Positions 10,312 to 21,507 of a DNA stretch of 23,729 nt are shown piece by piece. Origin of the DNA: Sarea resinae (Eukaryota); the NCBI GenBank assembly GCA_026026165.1, contig JAPEUD010000045.1, forward strand, positions 186,001 through 209,729, read 5' to 3'. Position 1 is the stretch's first letter. The number at the start of each line of letters is the position of its first letter. A program made the translations under genes and the position numbers. A model generated the notes under the pieces. That model searched no databases, was not told the origin of the DNA, and was given only the letters and a program-made list of their open reading frames with translations.

Positions 10312-12286
10312 ATGAAGGGTCTCCTCGCCCTCACGCTGCTGCCGCTGCTTGCGTCAGCGTCTCCAGTGCTCAACGTGGGCACCATCCACCGAGAGGCTGC
10401 TCCTATCCTCTCATCCTCTCATTCAGTTGAAGTCCCTGATTCCTACATCGTTGTCTTCAAGAAGCACGTTTCCCACGAATCTGCTGCTTCCCACCATGAC
10501 TGGGTCCAAGAGCTGCACTTGTCGACCGAGAAGACGAAGAGTGAGCTCCGCAAGCGGTCACAGCTGCCTCTCGTCACCGATGCCTTTCAAGGCTTGAGAC
10601 ATACATACAATATTGCAGGCGGACTTGTGGGTTACTCTGGCCATTTCGATGAGGACGTTATCGAGCAGGTCCGACGGCATCCTGATGTAAGTGTCACGAG
10701 TCATGATCCTACGAGCTTATCGCTGCTTCATCCCAAGATCATCTCTACTCTATTCACTACGCCTTGTTGCTGTTTTCCCATGTATTGTTGATCTTGCAAC
10801 TTCATCCCATTCCGTGCCCCTTCAACTCTGTGTCTGCTGCCCATACCCGGATTCGGAGCTCTGGGGCAGCTCTATCGTCATCGCGAGCACCTCATCGCTT
10901 ATCTCCACCTGCGACCGAGCTCCCAACACGTGACCTTATCCACCCTTGCACCATCCAGTGTTATGCTTCACATCATCACTGCTGTACAATGGCTTTAGAT
11001 GATCATTAGCTAACATATCATGGCAGGTCGATTACATCGAAAAGGACTCTGAGGTGCACACTATGGGCACACTCGAGAAGAATGCGCCATGGGGTCTCGC
11101 CAGAATCTCTCACCGTGATAGCCTGAGCTTTGGTACCTTTAACAAGTACCTCTACACCGCCGATGGTGGTGAGGGTGTTGACGTCTACGTCATTGACACT
11201 GGCACCAACACTGAGCACGTCGACTTCGAAGGTCGCGCATCATGGGGCAAGACTATCCCCGCCAACGATGAAGATCTTGACGGCAATGGTCACGGTACTC
11301 ACTGCTCGGGAACCATTGCAGGCAAGAAGTTCGGTGTGGCTAAGAAGGCCAACATCTACGCCGTCAAGGTTTTGAAGTCCAACGGATCGGGTTCCATGTC
11401 CGATGTTGTCAAGGGTGTCGAATGGGCTGCCGAGAGCCACTCCAAGAAGCTCTCTGCGGCCAAGAAGGGCAAGGGCAAGAAGGGTTTCAAAGGCAGCGCC
11501 GCCAACATGAGTCTCGGTGGTGGCAAGTCCGTCACTCTTGATCTTGCCGTCAATGCCGCGGTCGATGCTGGCATTCACTTTGCTGTTGCCGCTGGTAATG
11601 ATAACGCCGATTCTTGCAACTACTCTCCTGCCGCAGCCGAGAAAGCCGTCACCGTCGGTGCCTCAACTCTTGCCGACGAGCGTGCTTACTTCTCCAACTA
11701 CGGCAAGTGCAACGACATCTTCGCCCCTGGCCTGAACATCCAGTCCACCTGGATCGGCAGCAAGTATGCCGTCAACACCATTTCTGGAACCTCCATGGCC
11801 TCTCCCCACATTGCCGGTCTCTTGGCCTATTTCCTTTCGCTTCAGCCGGCCAAGGATTCTGCCTATGCCGTTGCCGACATCACACCCAAGAAGCTGAAGG
11901 CCAACCTCATCAGCGTTGCCACCGAGGGTGTGCTAACTGACGTCCCAAGCAACACCCAGAACGTAAGTAGTCTATTCTCACACTGAGCGATAAATGAAGC
12001 TAACGAAAGCCTCTAGATCCTTGCGTGGAATGGTGGCGGGTCATCAAACTACACCGAAATTGTGCACAGTGGCGGCTACGTGGCATCGAAGAACACTCAA
12101 GATGACACTGTCACGATCCAGATCCCCAGCTTCGAGGACATTGAGTCAGACATCGAGGTGGTCCACAGCAAGATTGCCTCGGACTCGGAGAGAATGACGG
12201 AGAAGGCCGAGAGGCTCTCCGAGAAGATCGAGGACTTCGTCTCCGACGAGCTCAAGGGCTTCTTCAATGAACTCGGACACGAGTAA
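10312..12286 (+). CDS. PRB1: Vacuolar subtilisin-like serine protease (S8A proteinase K family; Prb1/Alp2/PepC-type), prepro-protein of about 526 aa
   Basis: Exons 10312-10686, 11027-11962, 12017-12286. Introns 10687-11026 (GTAAGT..GCTAAC..CAG) and 11963-12016 (GTAAGT..GCTAAC..TAG). Signal peptide MKGLLALTLLPLLASASP; I9 propeptide (DSYIVVFK..GYSGHFDEDVIEQVRRHPD|VDYIEKD); mature domain APWGLARISHR; catalytic triad VYVIDTG, DGNGHGTHCSG, GTSMASPH; oxyanion motif AAGNDN. The Lys-rich insert and acidic C-terminal extension after ILAWNGGG are typical of the vacuolar subgroup. Strong C-ending codon bias. Confidence 0.96.
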
Positions 12287-14331
12287 ATATATCTATACGC
12301 TGTAACGTGCAGATAAGATTACGCAGCTGAACCGCTTCCGATGTTAGTCCGATCAGACTAGAATCATGAAGAGTGGCTCGCTGGTGGTGTCTTCATACCC
12401 ATGCATCTCCTATGGTTGTTTGTCGTTGCTGTGTTGTTGGTTCGGGTACGCACGCTTGATAGCCGTGTCGTCTTATGTCTCTTGTTTTCTTTGGGTATTG
12501 GTGTCCTTGTCTGTCTGCCGTGTTGGGGTTAGTCGTATTTGTCGAGACGATCGCTGGTTCGTAGGCAGGTCCGTGCCGGCATGTATCGTAGTAGTAGATT
12601 GCTGGAGAAACGATTGAATCTAAGTGAAAGCTCTACATACCTTGCCTGTTATTATTTTGGTGTCGATTGATGAGAGCCCATCCGTGACATGTATGCCATC
12701 CATGCACGCGTGTATGTATCAATAAATGCTATGGATACTACTACTATATCTACAATATAATACGTATAAGAGGATGTGTAAAACGTCTTCACTATTTGTT
12801 ACAGTCACTATTACTAGGTCTCTTGAAACAATTAGGCACAGCATCTAAGGATATAAAGTTGGGGTATATGCTCTAGAGATACCTAGGTACGTAAGTTTGT
12901 GCAAAGGGCGGTAGAAATACAACTTTATTTGCTTGTTTATTTGCTTGCTTGCTTGCTTACTCTCTCTCTCTCTCTCGCGGAGATCTTACTATGGGGTGGA
13001 AATTGAACGATTACAAGAAGTAATTTGCTGTAGGGAAGAGATAGGGGGATTTCTCTTAGGTATTGGCGGTAGAATTGTCGTGCGAAGAAAAAAGGGTTGG
13101 GAGGGGGAGAGGCGGGGTCGGAAAATATTAGATGCTGAGATTTACACAGGACTTTAGTTGTTCATACACTTATGACTCGAAGTCTGAAGGCTAGAAGAGG
13201 AAAACTAGAGTATAGTAGAAGGAAAAAGTACGTCGTTAGTATCCTGATCGGCTCTAGATATAACACTGCCATGACCGTCGGTGACTCAAGGCTGACTCGG
13301 ATGGGAAAGTAGGTGAAGCTGGCTAGCGCTCCTTTTCGGGAAGGAAGTAGTTAATAGGTATGTGTGCGTAGGTAGCTATTGAATGACGATGATGCCAACG
13401 GGGCCAGGGCTACTTGTTTTGGGTTGTGTTTATGACGACAAAGGGGGATGGGATTCTCGAAGAAAGGGATAGAGCGATCCATCCTTGAACCTAGGGATTC
13501 GATGCGGAGTATAAGAGAAGGCGATTCTGCGTCACGGTGGCACGTAAGACGAGGCGCTATTTATCCGCTGTATAATCGTTCACGATGGTAGGCTAATAGA
13601 CGTATGGACTCCGTATCATAGGGGAGCGCTGAGCGGGGCTTCAGAGGCCTTGCCAGTTGTGGACAGCGCATAGAGGAAGGCTAGGTAGTCTCCATGCTCT
13701 CAGAGATAGAGAAAGCACCTTTGAGTAAAGGGCCCCTTCCCCTTTGCTGCTCCAATGACAAAACACGCGAGCTCGTGTTGCTTGTTGATCGCATACTAGT
13801 CGAAAGTTCAATGGACCGACTTGAGGGCATCGAATTGTGTGATTTCGTTTGGTTTTGCTATTCGAGTGCAATCTGCTGAGTATGACTTTCCTAGAAGGGC
13901 AGGAAAACGGGAGCCGTAGAGTGGCCGCCTGCTTTGTATTTCGCTGTGGTTATCTGTGGTGTAAACTCTTGAGTACATATTTCCTAAAAGGGGAAGAGGG
14001 GAAATCACGTCTCGCTGGTTCGCGGGGCTGCTATCGTCACTTCCTCATGGAACTCGTCCGTTGTCTGGGCTCTGTTCCTTGATCCGGCTGGCGATGCCCA
14101 TCCGTCTCCCCCAGAGCCATAAATGCATCCTCGTCCTCTCGTTCTCCTTTCCTCTTCAACCTCTTCGTCTCCCATCCCCGCCTCTTTCTTCGATACCGAC
14201 CATCATCATCCTTCTTGCTTCCATCTCTTCATCGATCATCACGTTCGCAACCATCATCCTGAAGCATAGCAGCTTCATCAAAACCATCCATTTTGGCTTC
14301 CTCGGCCGTACAGAGAACAAAACAGACAACC

Positions 14332-16140
14332 ATGATGTTGTCCAAACTCGCTCATACTTCACGCTTCTCGCGTCGGAGCAAAAATCGTTCGTCGGATTCT
14401 TCCACCAAGTCGGTCCAGAATGCCGAAATTCTTCAGCACAACCACGAGACAGCACGCCAACAAGCACTGGTCGCTGCAAACTTGGCCTATTCTCGAGGCA
14501 ATGAGAGAAACGCGTCCGTCAATGATGAAAAACATCAACATGCACATCAACACGCGACCGACAAGTTCGGCGTGCAATTTTCCGACCCTGTCCCGGTTCG
14601 CAAGCAACGATTCGAAAATGGTGATAGGACCATGAATCGTGTGTCAGAAGATGGGCTATCATTCATATCCACAACTCCTTCATCATATCGTCGACTAGCA
14701 AAGCCGGTTCCCAAGTACGGACGCGTGTCGATGCTCGCTCAAAGGTTTGAGAACAACGAGGGTGGTGCTTCCTCCGATAACACACATCGTCACAATCCCA
14801 CTACCACATCATCTTCCCTCCTGAAGAAAGCCCAAAAGTTCGAAAAGAACGACGCTGGCCTTTCCCTTCATAACACGTCTCTCCGGGACCCGACACACCC
14901 CTCATCAGCTCAAGCAAAGAAAGCCCAAAAGTGGCCTGCCCTTGATAACCCTCCCAGCAAGTCGGCGGTCCAGCTTGCACGTGAGAAGTTTGAGCAACTC
15001 GAGAAAGCAAAATCTAAGAACTCATCCACTCCATATGTTCCGCGTGAACACAAACCATTCAAGAAGACTGTAAAGAGTAGCAGCTCAACCAGCTTTGGAA
15101 ACGGCATCCTCGGACCACTTCAAGACACCGATCAGCCGCTAAAGCAAACGATGGGACTTGGGGCTAAGACCAGGGATCTATCTCACACTCTCAAGACCAA
15201 GTTCAGTCACATCTTTACTCGGCATGCCAACCCGAAGGACATTGTTCCCGTGCAACAACTCAATGCAAGCCGGGTCTTCTTCAAAACATCCACAGACGAC
15301 ATCCAGCAACCAGAGCCTGCTCCTCTCACTTCTTTTCCCAGATTCAGCTGCACTAGCGCAGACATTGGGTCCGCGTGGTCCAAGTCCCGTGTTACAAGCT
15401 GGAGTGACTCGGCGGTCGATGAGGGTGAACCGATCCCCAATAGACCTGTCATTTTGCATCATCCCACCCCTATAAATCCGCGTGCGGCCATGCCCAAAGT
15501 CCTCAGATCTCGCCAATCGTCGGACTATGCCAGCGAGTATGCTGCGCTCATTGGTCACCACCCGCTATCGGCGGAGAGCGACGAAAACCGCCAGTCTTCT
15601 GGTGAAGAGACCGCCTTCTACTCGCTGCCTTCGGATACCAGAAGCGGGTCTTCGGGCATTGGCCCTCTACGCCCAATTGCCGTCCTGAAGAGGAGCAGCC
15701 CAGCTCGTGGGGGGGCGGCCGAGGTCATTGTCAATGAGAACAAAGGCATTGAGGCCGCTGCTGGAGCCGTTGATGAGGCTGAAGGGAGTGCGGCGGACGC
15801 TGATAGTGTTTACTCGCGAAACGCCAGCGGAGAAACCACCATTCGCACGACGCCAAGAATCCAAAGCACCGAAATCCTCCGTCATCGCCGCGAGCATGCG
15901 CAGATAACGGACGATGATGTGGAAATCGGTGGTAGGTTCGGAAGTGCCACTAAGCAGGAGGCAGCTGTTCAGCCACTTGAAGCCATCCTGAGGAGCATTA
16001 ACATTGACCAACACCCACGCAAGCCTTCTAAGAGCAGCATGGCCGACGGCAGCCGCAGAGGCTCTACAAATCGGGTGCGTTGGGTTCCTGACTCTGACTC
16101 TGACAAAGAGAACTCCTTGGATCCGGGAGCTTTTGTCTAG
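14332..16140 (+). CDS. Hypothetical protein, about 602 aa, Ser/Lys/Pro-rich and probably largely disordered
   Basis: Single 1.8-kb open frame with first ATG at 14332 (accATGATG), preceded by a CT-rich leader (~14100-14290) like the other genes here. It has short motif-like islands (ARQQALVAANLAYSR, PSSYRRL, VQLAREKF, PFKKTVKSSSSTSFGNGI, VPVQQLNA, SRVTSWSDS, SVYSRNASG) that resemble, from memory, an uncharacterised Pezizomycotina family. No recognisable folded domain. Confidence 0.8.
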   Translation: MMLSKLAHTSRFSRRSKNRSSDSSTKSVQNAEILQHNHETARQQALVAANLAYSRGNERNASVNDEKHQHAHQHATDKFGVQFSDPVPVRKQRFENGDRTMNRVSEDGLSFISTTPSSYRRLAKPVPKYGRVSMLAQRFENNEGGASSDNTHRHNPTTTSSSLLKKAQKFEKNDAGLSLHNTSLRDPTHPSSAQAKKAQKWPALDNPPSKSAVQLAREKFEQLEKAKSKNSSTPYVPREHKPFKKTVKSSSSTSFGNGILGPLQDTDQPLKQTMGLGAKTRDLSHTLKTKFSHIFTRHANPKDIVPVQQLNASRVFFKTSTDDIQQPEPAPLTSFPRFSCTSADIGSAWSKSRVTSWSDSAVDEGEPIPNRPVILHHPTPINPRAAMPKVLRSRQSSDYASEYAALIGHHPLSAESDENRQSSGEETAFYSLPSDTRSGSSGIGPLRPIAVLKRSSPARGGAAEVIVNENKGIEAAAGAVDEAEGSAADADSVYSRNASGETTIRTTPRIQSTEILRHRREHAQITDDDVEIGGRFGSATKQEAAVQPLEAILRSINIDQHPRKPSKSSMADGSRRGSTNRVRWVPDSDSDKENSLDPGAFV

Positions 16141-16243
16141 TTCGTCTTGGAAAGCCTTTTGTTTCAGTATCGTTATGAGTTGTATCTTCAAAGCTTGCGA
16201 CGCCTGTGCATATTTTTTGGGGTTGCTGGATTAGGATCGTCTT

Positions 16244-16447
16244 GGGCCTTTAGACTGTTAAGAGTTGCCGTTGGACGGCCAGAAATTGCCTCTGGACTAT
16301 TCTGAGTGGCTTTGGACTGTGACGGTTTGTGCTTGGACTGCTGTAAGCTGCCTTTGGACGGGGAATAAGGTGCCCTTGCCGTTGGACTGGTCAGTTGAGT
16401 ATGAGTTGGTTTAGCATTACATGGACTTTTAGTTAATCTGTCTGGAT
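16244..16447 (+). repeat. Degenerate ~21-nt minisatellite with core TTGCCNTTGGAC, downstream of the hypothetical gene
   Basis: TRGAC/TGGAY cores at 16251, 16272, 16293, 16313, 16334, 16355, 16383, 16422, 16443. Confidence 0.7.
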
Positions 16448-16945
16448 TCACTCTCGTCCATGGCACCTTTCTATAATTACCAACATGAAACTGAAGCCAC
16501 ACTAAACTCAGACTTGGTGATTGTCGTGATAATGCTGATTATCAAATCGTGAAGGTGAGAGCCATGTCGTGTGAAATCGACATTCAAGGCATTACAAATC
16601 ACATGCCTGCCATGTTGGGCATCATGATCATCTCCTGCAGCCACCAGCACCATCTCCGACATATCTTTCTTTTGAATTTGTTAGTCATTGACATTGATGG
16701 ATCTTTCCGACATCTAATTGATGGGAGAGGGAGTTATCAGAGGTGGGTGGTGTTGGGCCAAATGGCCAAATAGCCCAATCGGTGATGCCAATCTCTCGCT
16801 ACTTTTACCGGTTGCTCACGCAGCTAAAGCAGCACTGAGCATGGTCACTGATGCGAAGCTCGAGATGTTGATTGTTGCGCATTAGAGTCGCCGTCAGACA
16901 ACAATCCAGCAAGGGAGCCTCAATATTCCCCTCAAAGGCCCGATC

Positions 16946-19941
16946 ATGCGGCTGACCTTCATTCCCGTGCTGGTGGGCTCATTGATACCCGTCGCCTTAG
17001 CCGTCTACTCGGACGAGGCCTACCAGACAGATTACCACCTTGCGCTGCTAGGAATTCCCCAGCAGCATACAACCTTCTTTCATAGGCCCCAATCTGCTTC
17101 GAAAGCCTCTTTACTCTACACTCTTTCCGAAAAGAACATACTCGGAGCCGTCAACCCCAAAGATGGCGCTCTTGTCTGGCGAGAATCCCTTTCGTCACCA
17201 TCCAATTCCAACTCCTCTGGTTTCTTGAGAGCAGGCGAGGATGAGACTACAGTTGTGAGCGCCTTCGGCGGAGAAGTTCGGGCTTGGGATGCACTGGATG
17301 GTAAGCTTGCTTGGGGCAACGAGTTCGATGATGGATCTATCAGAGATCTCGAGGTCATCGAATTGCTGGACGGAAAGGCAGGGAGGAGTGCAAAAGATGT
17401 CGTGATACTATCCGGCGGGGCCAAGGGCGTCGTCCGGAGATTGAACGGGGAAAATGGCGATGTGCTCTGGGAACATAAGGACGAGAGGTATGACTCTAAG
17501 ACATCTCCGGGAGTGGGCTAATGCTTCAGTAGTGGAGATATACCGTTCCAAGTTTCGACGTCGGCCCTGAGCATCTACTATGTATCTTTCCAGTCTACGT
17601 TACTGAAAGGACTCAAGATAAAAGTTACATCCCTGGATCCTCTTTCCGGCCGACCGGCCGGACAATACCTCCTGAGTTCCGATGGCGATATCTCAAGTCC
17701 AGACTCTGTACTATTTGTGGGCGCGAATGCAGCTTCACCCATCATTGCCTGGACAGACAAGTCGCATAAAGTGGTCAAGGTGAACGTTCTTGGCTCCAAG
17801 CACACGACCACAATCAATGTGGCTTCTAGCAATGGTGAGGAAGTTGAACAGATCAGTGTCCATGCACCGCACTCCATCAAGGCTATGCCACACTTCTTGG
17901 TCCATTATCAGACTGTCAAAAACCATTGGGCTGAAGTGTATCACATTGATTTGGCCGGATCATCAATATCGAAGGCTTATGATATCCCGAAGCTTGGTGG
18001 TCGAGGAACGTTCTCGACAAGCACTCAGGACGCCAATGTCTACTTTACGCGCACTACGGAAGATGAGATTATCCTCGTATCTTCCGCCTCGCATGGAATT
18101 CTTGCTCGATGGCCCATAGGTCCAGCGAGCCAAGACAGCGCATTACGCTACAGCTATCCGGTGCATGCGGTCTCCGAGGTGGTGGCACGGCCGGGCTCCA
18201 ATTACGCGGTGAGGTCTGCTCTGGCACTGTCTGGCGGCGACTGGGAGCTTGTACGCAATGGAGAATCTGTCTGGCTTAGGACCGAATCTCTCGGTGGGGT
18301 AGTGGCTGCAGCATGGGCTGAACTCAGCGAGATGAAAGACTTGGCACGGGAGTTGGAAGTCGAGGGCCATCAAAATGTGGTTCAAGCATATATCCACAGA
18401 GTGAAAAGACACCTGAGAGATCTGCAACACCTTCCCGCCTGGCTTCAGCGACTCCCGTCTCGGATTCTTGGAAACTCTGGAGACTCAGTCTCCCAGAAGG
18501 ATTTGGTTCGGGATAGCTTCGGCTTCCGCAAGCTTGTCATCGTCGCCACTGACAATGGCCGGCTACTGGCTCTGGATACCGGCAAATCTGGTGCTATTGT
18601 CTATAACGTCGAAGCGGTAAAATTGGACCTTGGGGCGAAGTGGGATGTCAAAGCTCTACATGTTCAAGATGAGGTTATTACTGTAATCGATGCCAGTGGA
18701 CATGAGCTATCGGTGGAGACCTTGACCGGGAAGGTCATCGAGTCGAAAGAAAGCCAGAAATTCGTGAAGGCTACGGCGTTCATAGACGATGCTTCGCACA
18801 AGAAGCGGTTGTTGCCCATCTACGAGAACGAAGAGCTTGGAGATGAAGCAGCTGTTGTCGATGGCACGATCACGGTCGTCATACAAGAGGACGGGACGCT
18901 TAGGGGCGTGCGGTATTCAGCGAATTCGGGCCCGCAGACTTCATGGGAGTTCAAGCCAGCTCCAGGAGAGGAAATTGTTGGTTTGACATCACGCCCTCAC
19001 CACGATCCTGTCGCTTCAATTGGCAAGGTCCTCGGCGATCGCTCCGTCATGTACAAGTATCTCAACCCGAACCTTGTTCTCGTCACGGCAACGTCAAAAT
19101 CGACTTCAACTGCGACGTTCTATATCCTCGATTCGGTCTCTGGCGACATCTTATACAGCACGATCCATCAAGGCGTCGACACCAGTCGTCCGATTGTCTC
19201 GGCCATGTCCGAGAATTGGTTCACCTACTCCCTATGGGGAGACATCTCGAGCGCGACGGCATCGAAGGGCTATCAACTTGTCTTTGCCGAACTCTACGAA
19301 TCAAGTCTTCCCAACGACCGGGGTTCTCTTGGCTCCAGGTCGAATTTTTCTAGTATCTCTGGAACCATCACCAAACCCCACGTCATCTCCCAGGCGTTCG
19401 TCATCCCGGAAGAGATATCGGATATTGCCGTCACGGAGACGCGACAGGGCATCACATCTCGACAACTCCTCTGCATCCTTCCCTCTTCAAATGCCATCAT
19501 CGGCATTCCTCGACAGGTTCTGGACCCCCGTCGCCCGATCGATAGGGACCCCACGGCGGCCGAGGTCGAAGAGGGTCTCAGTCGGTACGCGCCCGTGATC
19601 GGGTTCGACCCGCGCTGGATCACCAGTCACAAGCGGGAAGTCGTGGGCGCGAAGAAGATCCTCACGAGCCCGGCGCTGCTCGAGAGCACGAGTCTGGTGT
19701 TTGCATATGGCGGCGACGTGTTCGGCACGCGAGTGGCGCCGAGTATGGCGTTTGATATCTTGGGCAAGGAGTTTGGCAAGGTGCAGCTCTTGGGCACGGT
19801 GTTTGCGCTGGCGGTCGGCGTGGCCGTTTTGGCCCCCATGGTAAGTTTGGCATCTCCCATTCTCTCGCAGGGACCCCCCTTTTGCTGACTGCATGGGATT
19901 AGGTGCGACGAAAACAGATCAATGCGCAGTGGCAGAGCTGA
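16946..19941 (+). CDS. EMC1: ER membrane protein complex subunit 1 (PQQ-like beta-propeller, EMC1_C/DUF1620 domain, C-terminal TM helix), about 962-963 aa
   Basis: Exons 16946-17487, 17530 or 17533 to 19840, and 19903-19941. Introns 17488-17529/17532 (GTATGA..GCTAAT..CAG/TAG) and 19841-19902 (GTAAGT..GCTGAC..TAG). Signal peptide followed by AVYSDEAYQTDYHLALLGIP. Motifs RDSFGFRKLVIVAT, VASIGKVLGDRSVMYKYLNPN, TETRQGITSRQLL, LDPRRP, LESTSLVFAYGGDVFGTRVAPSMAFDILGKEF; TM helix; ends APM|VRRKQINAQWQS*. Confidence 0.96.
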
Positions 19942-19945
19942 GGGC

Positions 19946-19966
19946 GTGGTGTGGTGTGGTGTGGTG
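19946..19966 (+). repeat. (GTGGT)4 microsatellite just after the EMC1 stop codon
   Basis: gtggtgtggtgtggtgtggtg. Confidence 0.85.
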
Positions 19967-21507
19967 CTGTACTGGAGTGCTGCTTACGTCGGACTGACCG
20001 ATCTACTATAGAGGATTTGTATCATAGCCCAATCAACTGCCCCAATTGTACCATTCTACTGTCTTGCCTCTTGCCTTCCTCTCGGATACGGTAGATAGAT
20101 ATGCGATATATCTCCATTGCCGTGGCTGCTTGGGATGTACGTACAACGTCCTGGGTGGCTGAATGCATCCGACATGTCCATCCAATTGTTAGAGGTCCAC
20201 GAAAGTCATGACGCCGTTGATGGCGAGGAACCTGTCCTCAGTTGCCGCATCGAGGCGAAGTACTGAGGTCAGTAAGATGGGCTGAAGCACACACTATGGC
20301 GAGGGTGGCGAGGGTGGGGGGCCTGAGAAGCGAGTTGGGTGTTGGGGGTTGGGGGCGTCCCGTCCCCTCTTCACTCGCTTGTTCTTCGTTCATGGCTCGG
20401 GGGATCGGCGTCGGGACAATACATGGCTGCCACGTCGGCCAACGGCGCTCCAGCTGTCTTGACGCGCGCCTGTTTGCGTGGTGGGGTCGGGTCTCTTTGA
20501 CAGATCCGGCTGACAGGGACCAAGGGACAAAGGGACCGCAGGGTCGTCACTCGTAAGCGAGGTGCCCGGCTGCAAGCGAGTTTGCAGTAAGTATAGTAGC
20601 TGGCGCGAGCGAGTCGGGGCGATGTGAAGCCGTCATGACTTTACTATGAGTACACAGGTTGTCCTGATTCGGACATCACAGACGCGCGCATGGATAGCGT
20701 GGGCGATCATGGCCCCCCAATGCCGATCTGGATCTGAAACCGAATCTGACGATGCCGTTTGCGGTGTTTGAGTGCAGTATGGATGGATTCCTCTATCGAC
20801 GATGATGGGGATGGGAAACGAAGACGATGATATGCTAACGTGAAACGGCCCAACTGCAGCTCCATTGCCCCGCGCAAGCGATGCTGACGACCATGGTCGA
20901 TGCATACCTTATGGAGTATGTGCCATTGCCGACGCCATGTGCAGTCGCGGCTTGGCCTCTTCCTCGTCGGCCGGCTGTCTCTGTTCTTGTTCGTCTCGTT
21001 TGCCGACGGCGCGTGTATCCATGTGGACTCCACTAGCCGTTCGGGACGGTGCCATGCTGTCCCCGGGCATTTATATGTAGAGGCCCATGGCCGTGCCCGA
21101 GACCATGGATTGTTGATGTTTGTGCCTCCTCGATCTTCAAGATTAACCTGCCATTGACCTTCGTATGGGCACGGACTGGTATTGGCATTGATTGATTGTC
21201 TCAACTCAGGTGTCAAAGGATCCATTGATCCTTTGATCGGTTCGGCGAATAAGCCATTCACGCTATCTGGCTCGGAGGGTTTTCTGACATTGACGTCGTC
21301 ATCAAGAGCTGCATTGGCCACCACGCGGTGAATTTGCACCTTCGAACTCTCCAGCTGCTCTGCATCCCTCTTTCTGTGCCACCTGCGCTCTCCTCTCCTC
21401 GCTAGCTACCTAGCTATCTACCTACCTTACCTACCTTACCCACGCCATCTGGACCTTTTGATCTGGTTACGGATCTTCATTATCATTCCGCATCTTCAAC
21501 ACCCACC

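Noticed and set aside
12660..13260. AT- and TpA-rich stretch suggesting a RIP-degraded transposon
   Set aside because: No terminal repeats, target-site duplication or residual transposase/RT motifs; consistent with ordinary terminator or intergenic DNA.
16244..16447. CRISPR-like repeat-spacer reading of the TGGAC array
   Set aside because: The repeats (~12 nt, degenerate) and spacers (~9 nt) are far too short, the context is eukaryotic, and there are no cas genes.
16188..16502. 104-aa minus-strand ORF over the TGGAC array
   Set aside because: Non-ATG start, no recognisable domain, and the repeat phase shifts within it; better treated as the repeat finding.
20707..21339. 210-aa minus-strand ORF upstream of RTA1
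   Set aside because: GTG start, no recognisable motifs, Arg/Trp/His-rich composition typical of non-coding frames; it lies in the RTA1 promoter.
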